From Protoeuglena noctilucae (Eukaryota), in contig OY253668.1 of the NCBI GenBank assembly GCA_958009085.1, forward strand, positions 1,736,001 through 1,800,000: 64,000 nt of DNA. Direction: 5' to 3'. A model generated the notes under the pieces. The model was given only the letters and a program-made list of their open reading frames with translations. It ran no database searches and was not told where the DNA came from. The translations under genes and the position numbers were made by a program. Below, in pieces: positions 1 through 11,479 of the stretch; position 1 is the first letter of the stretch; every line of letters starts with the position of its first letter.

Positions 1-1290
1 CCGGGCAAAGTAGGTGAAGCCGTAAGGGTCGCCCTCCGGCTTGGCCCGCGCCTCCCACACCCGCTCGAACGCCCCCTGGGGCTCCCCGTCCTCGTCGCAC
101 TTGGCGATCTCGCAGTTGGCGTTCCACTTGCCGCGCACCACCATCAGGCGCTTGCCGTCCGCGTCCGTCACGTGCCCGCTGAACTCGTACCGGCCCTGGG
201 TGTGAGGGGTGGGAGGTGGGAGATGGGAGGTGAGACATGAGGGAGATGAGAGATGGGAAATGGGAGATGGGGGATGGGAGGTGGGAGATGAGAGGGGAGA
301 GGGTTGGGAGGTGGGAGATTGGATATGAAAGAGGCAAGAGATGGGAGGTGGAAGGTGTGGGGGGTGTGGGGGGTGCCACATGTCAAGGGTGCGGGGTGAA
401 GCGGCTGTCGGGGCGCCTTCGCTCGCTCGCCTGGGAGAGCCAGCCGCAGGGCGTGAACTCCAGCGCGCACTTGTATCCCGACGTGACGCTCCCGGCCTCG
501 TAGGTGCCGTAGGTGTCGATCCAGGTGTAGCCCAGGATGATGTTGTGGGCCACGGTGGTGGGCGGGACGAGGTAATACTGCTCTCCCGTCGCCTTGACGG
601 TGATGCGGCAGCGGTTGAGCGGGTAAACCTCGACGGAGTTGCCGAGGAACTTGGTCTTGGGCGCGGAGATGATCTGGTAGGTCCAGGCGGGTGCATCGGC
701 GAACATGGCGGCGATGGGCGGGTGGTGCGACACCTGTTCCGCCATTAAATGCGCCCCCCGCTGCTCGTCGTGGTACTCGAACGTCTCTCCCAGAATGGGG
801 TTGAAGGGCTTGTAGCACCGCTCGACGGCCCCGTACTGGGAGACGGCAAAGGCGACCACCAGGGCCAAACGCTCGGCGGGGTCGGCCGTTGCTGCCGCGC
901 GGTCCATCAGATCCGCGTGCTCCATCACCTCCGCGACCTTCTGGAGAGTCGTGAAGGGCTCCATGAAGTAGACGGGCACGGACAGAAGGGACTGCGAACG
1001 GGGATGGTGGCGGTGCGATGGGGGCTTGCGTGCGCTACCGGGCTCGATTGGTGCGCCAGCATGGGCGTGGCTGCGCGACGGAGGCGTCGAGGGAGTGGGT
1101 GGGATGACGTGGAGGATTCGGTTCGAGTCGCGCCGGAGCCAGCATGTCTGGGAAAAAGGCGCACCTGGACATCCTGCCCGACAAAGTCGCGGATGGTGGA
1201 GAGGAAACTCGCGCGGCGCTCGTCGACCTTCGTGTCCGTCGGCTTAGCGCCTGACGGATCCACCACCTCCATCGCATCGAAGCCCAGAGA
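1..1290 (-). CDS. Oxysterol-binding protein-related protein (plant ORP3-like), runs off the left edge; first exon not located
   Basis: Exons ~1290-1165, 991-431, 195-<1. Translation has LPV..EP-like 'VPVYFMEPF', 'KPFNPILGETFE' and the OSBP fingerprint 'EQVSHHPP'. Intron 430-196 has a GC donor. Confidence 0.92.
205..350. repeat. Degenerate GGGAG(A/G)T heptamer array in OSBP intron
   Basis: gggaggt/gggagat units repeated many times. Reads (ATCTCCC)n on the sense strand, in the 3' half of the intron. Confidence 0.8.
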
Positions 1291-2274
1291 TCTGCGGGCG
1301 CGGGTGCCGGCAGGAGGCGGGCGTTACGTCCGGCGGCAAGAACGGCGCGTGGCTGGCCGCGGCGGCGACCGCGACTATCGAGCACGCAAGGAGGGTGAGC
1401 AAAGAGCCGCAGAGTGATGGGCGGGCGCGGGCATCTGGCCGCGCCGCAACGCAACGCGGTGCCGGAGGCGACAACCGAGGGGCGGCCCCGGCCGCGCTCG
1501 CCCGATCGCCGCCATCCCGAGGAGGCGGCTGCCGCAGAAATTAACGGCCTCGCTGACCATGCAGGAGCACTCGCCCCGCAGCCTGGCGCGGGGCGGGTCA
1601 AAACATGGGCGCACACTCAGGTGAGGGCAGCGACGGGCTCCTCACTTGGAAATGCTGGACGTCACGTCGGAGAGCCAGCTCCCCCATGACTGGCCCGACA
1701 TTGTAAACGGATGGCAGAGCCTCTCGCGCCAACGGCGCTCCCTGCTGGCCCTGGCGGCTCAGGTCTGGTCACACGGAACGACCAGCTACGGCGCGGCTGG
1801 CCAACCCGGCTAATCAGACTGGATTGTTTTGGAGGCGTGTTATGTCCCGCAGCCGGTGGTCGCCGACTTCCGTCCGACAGGGGGCTTTCCCCACTGGCAC
1901 GAGTTCGTGGCTCCTGATGAGCCTGCGGCGCATCGCGACCCCTGCCTATCTCCGTCTTCGCGTTTGAGTGCCACAGGACACGGCCGGCGGTCTGAGCACC
2001 CCTGTCGACGTCGAAAGACCGGATTTCTCTCCCCAGCCAGTCGAGCGGCTGTACTGGAGGCTCTCCGGGCTTCAGCAGCCTTCTGACTGCTAAAGTATCG
2101 TCGTTTCGACAGGTGCGATGCGTCACGGTGCCACCCTGCGAAGCAACGGGCGCCGGCCGGGCATAGGTAGTAGCAGTTGGGCATTTGGCCCTCACGCGCG
2201 CTCGGAGAGGTCTATAGGCCGCGTTCGAGGGCCATCCCGGGATAATTAAAAGCGATCTTACCTGATCTCGCAGC

Positions 2275-5073
2275 ATGTCGTCTGGGATGACGGTCCAGCG
2301 GTGCCAGGCCGCCTCTGCGGCGCAGGCCAAGTCCCGGGCCTCGGCCCTCGGCCTGCCCGCGCTCCCCGCCGGCCCGGCCGCCCGGGCCCGCGTCTCGGTC
2401 GCGCGCCTGCCCCTGGGCGGCGCGAAGGAGGCCGCCTCGGGCAAGGTGCCCCGGATGACGGCAGGTAAGCTGTCGGCCCACGAGTCGTTGGTGCTCCGCG
2501 TTGGAGCCTCGGCGCGAGGCGGCCGTCGCGCCCGCGCGGCCCCCCCGCGCCCTCCCCCGCTCACTGCAAACGCTCTCCTTCCCTCGTGCAGCCGCGGCCA
2601 AGACCACGCGCTCGGGATCGCCCACCCCCAGCCCCTCCGGATGGGTCCCCCAGGGCAACTCCGGCGAGAACCCCAAGAAGTACGCCGATAACCCTCTGGA
2701 CGAGTCCAGGCCCTACCGGTGAGGCGAATTTACGCACTGGAGGCAGCGCGCGGCGTGTTGGGGGCCGGGGCGCGCGGACGGCGGGGCTGGGATGGGACAT
2801 GCACGAGTGTACGGCTGGGCGCCGCCGGGCAGCGCCGCCGCCCCCGATGCGCCGCGTTGTCGCGGATTTGTCGCTATATGCGCACCGATGGCGTCATGGG
2901 GCGATCCCGGCGACCGTGGCCGGGCCGGGCCCGCACCTCCGACGTTGGTGCCCTGCTGCGCGTGCTCTGCCGGCGTGCGATCGCCGCCCCGGCCCCTGCC
3001 CGCAGCCGCACGGTGTTCACGCTCGAGGACTGGAAGCGTCACCGCACCTCGGACCGCTACGGCCGCCACATCGGCTCCATCTTCCGCTCGGGGATAGTGC
3101 GTGCGCTGCTCCCCGCCAGCCTGTGGTACGCCTTCGACGGCGCCTTCTTCGCGCTGTGGGGCACCTTACAGGCGAGTACCGCTTATTGCGCCTCCATCGA
3201 GCCTGCAGAGGGCAGCCGCGGGGCAGGGCGGGCCCTTGCACAAGTGGATATTATTCACACACACGCTGGCCTATGTGGGAGGCCGTCCGCGGGCCCCGCC
3301 GACCCGCCCGCCCCGCCGTGCGCTCGCAGACGGAGGAGATGCTGCCCGAGTGGGTCCCCGTGCTCCCCGACGTCGGCCTCGCGCCCTTCTCCCTGACGGC
3401 CTTCGCGCTTTCGCTGCTGCTCGTGTTCCGCACCAACTCCTCCTACGGGCGGTGGGATGAGGCCCGCAAGGTGCGCCGCCGCTACCGATACGCTTCTCAT
3501 GCGGTGCGGTCATCGCTGGCAGATGATCGCTTCGCTCGAGGAAGATGCCTGGTCGATCAGTTCCGTTGTTGTTCCGTCGCACTGCGGCACTGCGGCCCGG
3601 CCCGTGCGAGCCGCCGGCGATCCGAACTGCGATGCTTTGGGAGCTCAACGACACCTGCGCCTCCCGTCCCCTTCCGCAGATGTGGGGCAGCCAGGTGAAC
3701 CGCAGCCGTGACTTCACGCGTCAGGCGCTCACCTTCATGGGCGACAAGGCCATCGCCAAGGACCTCGGCCGCTGGACCAAGGCCTTCGTCAAGTCCTTCA
3801 TGTGCCACATGCGCGACGACAAGGACGTGAAGGAGGAGCTACTCCGCGTCGGCATGACGCCCCACGAGGTCGCCGTCATCACCTCCATGACGCACCGCCC
3901 CAACTTCTGCCTCCAGGCGAGAGCCAATGCAGAGTAGACAGAGAAATGAAGTCCGTGAACTGCGCATTGCTGCCCTGGCCTTTCCTGTTCACCTCCTGCC
4001 TATCCCACCGATTAACTCAACCCTCCCCGCTCTCGCCGCAGGTCATGTCGACGCTGATCCGCGCCGACAAGACCCTGACGCCCCAGATGGCTCAGAACCT
4101 GGACAGCAACCTGACGACGATGGAGGATGCCCTGGGTGGATGCGAGCGCATTCTCCGCACCCCCGTGCCGCTCTTCTACACCCACCACATCGCCCGCTTC
4201 ATGACCATCTGGCTGGCGCTGCTGCCCCTGGGGTGAGCGGGACTGCAGATGACGAGTGACGGAGCCTGCTACTAAGAACTTGCAAAGGGTCGATGCAAAC
4301 TGGCCTGCTTTCCTCCATGGGTTGCTTTCCTCAAGGGGTCGTGATCACGTTCTCACCCGCTCTGGCCTCTCTCGCCCGCAGCCTGTGGCACTCGCTGGGG
4401 TGGGACGTGGTGCCGGCTATGGCTGTCATCGCCTTCCTCCTGCTGGGCATTGACGAGATCGGTCTGCAGGTGGGTGCTTGGGCGTAGAGGGTCGGCGCTC
4501 TTCACAGCTCAGCCGCTGTTTGCCACCATGGTCCAAATGGTGGCGTCTGTCCCGCCCCACGCATGCGCAGCCACACACGCGCATCCACCCGCTCCCTTTC
4601 TTGGCCCCTTCAGATCGAGGAGCCCTTCGGCATCCTGCCCCTCGAGGCCATCACGGACACGATCGCCAAGAACATCGACGAGCTCTGCGCCCAGATCGAC
4701 AAGGCTGAGGTGAGGACCCAAGCCTCACGATCGTGAGGCACCCTCACTATGCCCATCTGCTGTAGGACCCCTGCGCTTCCTGCGCTTGCGGCAGGCAACG
4801 CGAGCTGGCCAGGGTCATCGCAACTGGCGTATACTTATCATAAGTGCTTTCGCTTGCGTCGCGCAGGGCATGATCTTCGAGGAGGGTGGCGTGGCCGCTG
4901 GCATGGGCGCCGCGACCATGGGCGCTGCTGCGGGCGCTGCGGCAGCTGCTGCCAGCTCCTCCAACGGCCCCTCCATCGAGGCCATGCAGGCCGCGGCGGC
5001 CAACATGGGCCCCCCGCGCCCCTCCTCCCCCTCCAAGTACTCCAAGGCGACCAACACCGTCTTCGGCGTTTGA
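2275..5073 (+). CDS. Chloroplast bestrophin-like anion channel (VCCN/BST family), 9 exons
   Basis: Transit-peptide-like N-terminus; 'RTVFTLEDWKRHRTSDRY', 'LSLLLVFRTNSSYGRWDEARKMWG', 'CERILRTPVP', 'LLGIDEIGLQIEEPFGILPL'. Eight introns splice in frame, two with GC donors (3172, 3917). Confidence 0.93.
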
Positions 5074-5276
5074 ATGAACGGCGGCGCATGTCGAAACCCG
5101 GCATCCTGACCCCTCCTAGCCTCCACTTCCTCTAGCCTCCTGAACCTGCCCTGCGAAGCGACCGCGCGCGTCTGCAGCCCTAACCCGCTCGCGCGCGCGC
5201 GGCGGACTTTGGTCGGCGGGAGCGCCTTTCTTTCAAACCGAGCGATTCGCCCCGTGCATCCCAAAAGGTTCGAGTC

Positions 5277-6634
5277 TCAGTGCGTGACCGGCACGCCCGA
5301 CTGCGTCTCGGCCGGCGCCGTCTCCGGCTGCCCCAGCCCCGCGGCGCGCTCGCGGCTGACCTGCTTGTCGCGCTCCACCTCCTCAAACGTCTTGGCGTTC
5401 TCCTCCCGGTGCTTGCCGGCCAGCGCCACGTAGTTGCCGGCCGAGGCCGACAGGAACGCCACCTCCTCGGGGGTCAAGTCGCGAAGGTACTTGGCCGGGT
5501 TGCCGGCCCACACCTGCCCCGCCTTGACGCGGGTGTTGGGGGGCACCACCGCGCCCGCCGCCACCATCGAGTGCCTCTCCACCACCGCCCCGTCCAGCAC
5601 CGTCGCGCCCATGCCGATCAGCGACTCGTCCTCCACCGTCGCGCCGTGCACCGTCGCCCCGTGCCCGATCGTCACGTGGCTGCCAATCATTACGGGGTGG
5701 GCGGGCTTGGCGCCGTTCTGCGTCGCCTGGCTCACGTGGATGACCGCGTTGTCCTGCGCGACGCGATGGAAGGAACGGTGAGGAGGCTCGCGCGGGCCGC
5801 AGGGGCCGGGGCGGAGGGGCGGGCACGAAGCGGGCATGCGGGGGAGCGAGGCTGGGCCTGTGGGGTTCGTCGCGACGCCTGGGGCACCCAACGCGCCCTC
5901 GCACGGCTGCTCTCCCTCCTTACCTGGATGTTGGTGTTGTTGCCGATCGAGATGGGCGCGACGTCGCCCCGGACGATGGCCCCATACCACACCGAAGAGT
6001 TGGCACCCAGCTGCGGGCACCGCGCCGTTGGAAACCCGCTGTGGTGACCGCCTACACATGCGTTTGAAATCCTTCATCCCAGCCAGCGAGCCGCTCGGCA
6101 GGAGCCGCGGGGAGCGCGCACCTGGACCTTGCCAATCACGTTGGCGGAGGGCGCCACAAAGACGTTGCTCCCCAGCTGCGGGGACTCGCGCAGGATGCTC
6201 ATCACGGGCCGGCTCCTGTAAAGCGTCTCCCGGAACTCGTAGAGACCCTGCGGGGGCCGGGATGCGCGGCATCGCTGAGCAGGGCAAGGCGAAGGGTTTG
6301 CCGGCGATGGGGGGCGAGACGTGGCCAGCCTCGCGGAGGTCACGATGCATGTGTCCAAAACATGCCTCTCTGGAGCCCTGCCAGCCCCCCAGGCGGCACG
6401 GAGCCCCGGATGCACGACGTGCCCGGCGCCCCGCGCTGCCTCCCCGCGACACAGCAGTGCCGACGCATTAAGCTCAGCCTGCTGGAGGAGCTTGGCAGCG
6501 CGACGTCGGGGATCAGGGTACCGCGGGGCCAGGATGCCGGGCGCGCCCGTCACCTGGAGCCTGCACCCCGTGCGGTCCAGCAGCTGGCCCGTCTCCCTCA
6601 ACATCCGCCCCACCGCGGAGAGGACGCTGTTCAT
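5277..6634 (-). CDS. Gamma carbonic anhydrase (mitochondrial complex I CA-domain type), 4 exons
   Basis: 'GRMLRETGQLLDRTGCRLQG', hexapeptide repeats, 'VWYGAIVRGDV', 'TNIQDNAVIHV', 'TIGHGATVHG' with the three Zn-ligand His, and 'VWAGNPAKYLR'. Confidence 0.93.
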
Positions 6635-7005
6635 GGCCGCTGGTCGTCCTCCTCAGCCCCGCGCAGGGTCTGCCCGGGTCCCGGTCCCCGCCCGTCCGTG
6701 CGACCCCTGCCCAAGAGGCCCAGGCGCCACTGTCCAGCGCAGCGAGTCTGGCGATGGCCCTGGCGTGCGAATGCGGTCGGCGAGCGCTGGGATGCTCGGG
6801 TCCGTTGGTCACCCGGACTGGCATTTTTCATGCCAGTCCCGACGAAGCAGCTTCCGGTCCCCTGCCCGCTCCGTGCCGCTCAAACATCGCTTCCCACGAT
6901 GCAGGCGACGCTCCGCTGCCCAGTGGCGAGCTCATCGGGGCGCCAGGTCGGCGCCCCATGCTCCCGGTGGGTCGCGCGGGCATCCGGCGTGCCCAGGCTT
7001 TGCGA

Positions 7006-8299
7006 ATGACATGCATCTTGTCGTGCGGGGGGTCACGCCCCAGGCTCGTGCGCCTGCACCCCCGCAAGTCTTCGCAGCCATTTATCTGCTTTTCCCGCGG
7101 GACGGGCACGCCCTGCTCCCCGGTCGCAATCGCCGTGGTTTGATAGAGATGGCTCGCGACCATCGCGGTGCCCCACGGCCTCAGAGCCGTGCTCCCGGCG
7201 CAGCGCACCGACCTCGACCCTCGCTGTGGGCTGCTCCGTGCCCGTGCCTGTTCCATCCCTGTTCGCATCGGGACGGAACGATGCATTTATGGACGCGGTT
7301 GTTCCGTAGTGGGCTGGTGGCGCATCCCTCGCGTCGTTGGGAGCTCTTGGCCAGCCTTCTCCGCCCGCGCGCCTGGCGATGCCGCGACCCCGCCAGGCAT
7401 GCTGTCCCATTTCTCCATCGTCAGATTCGACCGTGGATGGGCGGCATCGCCGGAAACTCGCGCTGAGTATCGTTGCCGGTCTGCGCTCGCAGGCCGGCGC
7501 CCCTGGCGGGGCTCCCCGCGCCCCTCCCCTCCGCGGGCCCCGCCCGTGAGCGGGACGTGATCGCGTACGCCAAGGGCCAGTCCATGCGCCGCATGGCCAG
7601 GACCCCGCCCTCCGTCCAGATGCCCCCGACGCCCCCTGTGGACCCAGACAACGCCGAGTTCGTCGTCTTCATCCGCTCCAAGGTGCGGGCAGGCCGCGGG
7701 CGCGAGTCCCCGCCATCCGCGGAGCCGGCGCGCGAGTGTCGCCGGCTCGCGCTCGCAGAAGCTGCCGTCGTGGATCCCGATGACGATCGTGAAGGGCGGG
7801 ACGGCGGCCAACGTGCTGGTCAAGACCTGGGAGTCGTCGAACGGGACGAACACGACGGCGCGGGACACGCTGATCCGCAACATCGGGCAGGTGCTCTACA
7901 AGGACTACAAGAAGATCACCACCATGGCCGTCCGGTCGCTGCCCCAGCTGCGGTTCGTCAAGGAGTTTGAATTCGGGTTCAAGATTCGGGACAAGGCGAG
8001 GGGCGGATGTGATGTGCACAAGAGCGCCGGAGCTGGGATGCTTGGCCCGCCTGGCGTGGCCATGTGCGGCGTGCGCGTCTGACGATCGACTGGCATTTCG
8101 CGCATTGCAGGAGGACCCCAAGGCCTGGTACGTCCCCAAGGGTGTGTTCCTGATCCCCCCAGAGGAGGAGCTCCCGGGCACGCCCATCGACAACCTGAAG
8201 GACGGGGTGACGAACTTCTTCAGCTCTCTCACGGGCGGGAGCAAGGAGAAGACCGAAAAGAAGAAGGAGGAGAGCAAGGCCACGGCCAAGGGGTTCTGA
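7006..8299 (+). CDS. HHL1: HHL1-like thylakoid protein (PSII repair); start exon uncertain
   Basis: 'PPTPPVDPDNAEFVVFIRS..W.PMTIVKGGTAAN..V...DTLIRNIGQVLYKDYKKI...FEFGFKI' resembles plant HHL1 as I recall it. Exons 7493-7682, 7759-7995 (GC donor 7996), 8111-8299. Putative first exon 7006-7022 (MTCILS) joins in phase. Confidence 0.8.
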
Positions 8300-8509
8300 T
8301 TAGAAGGGTCGATGACCGGTGTCTGGCCAGGGGAGCAGTTTGAATGACTCACGGGCAGAGGGCGGGGAGAGTCGGTGGGGTGGAGATGATGCGGTGCGTC
8401 GTAGAGAAACGCGTCGCTTTCAAGAAGCTTGCCGGGAAGGGAATTGATGTGTGGACGCTTGACACAGACGGGCGCTTCTCTACCTCGTGCAATAACTCTG
8501 GGGCAACAT

Positions 8510-8531
8510 TGTGTGTGTGTGTGTGTGTGTG
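8510..8531. repeat. (TG)n microsatellite
   Basis: About 11 TG units between two convergent 3' ends. Confidence 0.9.
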
Positions 8532-8648
8532 GACGCACAGCACAGCACGCCTGCCCTTTTGCACCTGCACCACGTGTTAACACGAAACGGGACCGGAAAA
8601 GAGGACATGACTCGCACCCTACGCACGCCTCCTAAGCACGCCTGCCCT

Positions 8649-11310
8649 TCAGCACCCAAACCGCGCACCCCTCCCGCAACCCGTGACAGTGCACCCGCTG
8701 TGCGTGAGGCTGCCCCCGCTAGAGAGGAGGCCATAGCTCCCGCACTCGGAGATCACCACGCCGCTGACCTCGGCTCTCCCGCCCCGGTTGCAGTCTACCC
8801 CATGCAGCTCGCACTGCACTACGCGCCCCCCGCGCATCACCACCTTGCTACCCTCGCCCAGGCTCGTCACGCCGTCCTGTCCGCACTCAGAGACTTGCAC
8901 GTCCACCACCTCCGCCTCCCCGCCCTCGCGGCAGCACACCCCGTGCATGTCCGGACACCCTGCAATGCGCCCACCCCGCATCACCACCTTGCTGCCATGG
9001 CACGAGCACAGGAACCCGCACTGCTGGCTGTTTACAATCTCCACGCCCCGCATCTCCACATACGCCCCCTCCTGGCAGGTCAGCCCGTGCGTCCCTCTAG
9101 ACCCCGCAATGCGCCCACCCTGAATGACCACCTTGCTGCCCGTGCCATTGCACGTGACGCCGCAGTCACCGCAATCGGCGACCTCCGCGTCCCGCAGCTC
9201 CGCCTGCGCGCCCGCGTTGACGAGCACACCATCGTTCGCGACAGCTGCGATGCGCCCGCCCTGCATGGCCACCTTGCTTCCCACACCCATAACTACGATT
9301 CCCGTGTTAGGGCTGTCCACCACCTCCGCACCGACCAGCGAAGCCCTACCCTCATCAAGCACGATCCCGGTCCCCACCACCCTCACGCCCTCCAGACGCA
9401 GCTCCCCGCCCATCACGGCCCGCAGCGCGCCGATCATCTCAAAGGTTGCGTTCACCACCCGCACCGTCCCGTTCCGCAACGTGCCAACCTTCCCCACCCC
9501 AACCACCACTGCTGCGCGCGTCAGCACCACTTCCCTACCCCCCAGGTCCACCACGCTGCCATCTGCCACCGTTTCCACCACCTCAGAACCCGTCCACACG
9601 CGCGCCGGCCTGCGCGCCCTCGCAGCCGCCGGCGCAGCCGTCACAGCGGGCCTAGGCGCCCTCACTGACCCCGCCGCCGCTGCCACCGCCCCCGCCGCCC
9701 GCACCCTCGCCTCCACCTCCGCCCACTCCAGCCCCGCCCCCCGCAACGCCAGCGTCCCCGCCAACGCCTCCCACGCCGCCCTCCGCCGCTGCTCGCTCGG
9801 CTGCCCCAACACGCTCGTCAGCGCCACCCACCACTCCTCCGCCCGCTCCGCGCCTCCCGCACCCTCGCCCTCGCCCTCGCCCGCCTGCCCCGGCCTGCCC
9901 CCGCTCTCTGCCACGCTCACGGCCGCCAGCCCCCGCTGCACCCCATCCACGCTCGCCAGCCGATCCCTGCACACAGCCACACCACACCGGCGCATCACAG
10001 CCTTGCCACACCTGCCCCACGTGCCACACCCACGTACAACACCCACGTGCTACACACCGCTCACTCCCCGCTTTGAGCATGGTTGCTCCCCCACCAACGC
10101 CTCACCGGCTCTCCCTCGCTGCCCGCAGCATGTCCGCCACAGTCGTCCGCTGCCCCGGGTCTTTGACCAGCGCCCCCCGCAGCGCCGACCGCAGCGGCTC
10201 CGACACCGACGCCGGCACCTCCGGGAACCGCCCCAGCGTCAGCACGTTTGCCGTGATCTGCATCACGCTCTGGCCCTCAAACGGCGCCCGCCCCGACGCC
10301 GCAAAGCACAGCGTCGCCGCCGCCGCGTACGCGTCCGATGCTGCCGCAGCCGGGCCCAGATCCCAGTCCCACATCTCGGGCGCCAGGTATTGCCCCCTGC
10401 TCACGCACGCCCGAAAGCTGCCGTGCCCGCCCACCTGCGCACCACGCAACACAACGTGCTCGTCAGCACCTCACCCCGCGCCCTCACTGCCCCCGCTGCT
10501 GTTATATCATTAGTACACTTGCAAACATCCCCGCAGCCCCACACCCGCACCTGCCTGCAGCCACGCCCCCGCCCCCGCGCCCACTCACCGGCACCCCCAT
10601 CCTCTCCGCCACCGTCGCCAGCCCGCAGTCCGCCAGCACCACCCCGCCCCCCTCCTCCACCAGCACGTTCGTCGGCGTCACGCCCCCGTGCACGATCCCC
10701 CGCTCGTGCAGCTCCTGCAGCCCCTCCAGCACCTGCACCGCCACCTCCGCCACCTCTGCCGGCTCCAGCCCCGCCCCACGCTCCGCGACGCGCCGCGCCA
10801 GCGACCCCCGCTCGTGCAGCGGCGTCACGATGTGCAGCTGCGCGCCCTTCATCGTCACGCCCAGCACCCTGCGCAAACGCACATGAGCGTGGCTCTCTGA
10901 GCATTGACAAACCCTTTGCGAGTTGGCTTCCGTGTACGTGTGCAAAGGAGCATGCTACGCGAGCCAACGACATCGCGACGCCCCCACGACAGCCAGCACA
11001 CCTGCGCAGCAGGCACTCACCGGCACACGCGCTTGCAGCCCGCGCACGCCGCCGCCATCCGCCGCAGCTCCTCCCTCCCCCGCTCCATCACCTCCCCGGC
11101 CGACCCCTCCGCCACGCCTCTCATGTCCGCGTCCAGCCGCTTCACCGCCACGGCGCCATCGCGCCCCTTCCACCGGCATCGAAACGTCTCGCCCTGCCAG
11201 CCCCGCCCCAGCGACTCGCCCACCTCCAGCTCCTCCTCCGCAATCATCCAGTCCCTCGCCTGACCCCCCGCGGCCGCCCCGGCGACGGCCCGGCGCTTAG
11301 CCTTGCCCAT
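8649..11310 (-). CDS. Protein kinase-like (probable pseudokinase) domain fused to right-handed beta-helix repeats, 4 exons
   Basis: Exons 11310-11021, 10868-10589, 10434-10106, 9966-8649 with GT-AG introns. Kinase motifs GRGWQG, VAVKRL, 'IVHGGVTPTNVL', 'LADCGLA', 'YLAPE'. C-terminus has ~46-aa repeats 'GSKVVMRGGRI..C..HGV.C..GG.AE...VE..DCG..GV'. Confidence 0.8.
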
Positions 11311-11479
11311 CGCGCTCACTGCGATCGGTCACTGCAGCATACAATGAACAGCGCCCAGGGTCGCCGATTGGGGCTCAAGCGCACCCGCACATCTCCATAC
11401 TACCTCAATACAGACAGCTGTCGTGTATTACGCCGAGATAAGCGCTTCCTGCTCACCTCCCAGGGCACGAGGACTCCAG

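Noticed and set aside
2275..6634. Bestrophin next to a carbonic anhydrase as a CO2-concentrating-mechanism cluster
   Set aside because: The CA is the gamma type typical of mitochondrial complex I, not a lumenal alpha-CA. The genes are convergent and adjacency alone is weak evidence.
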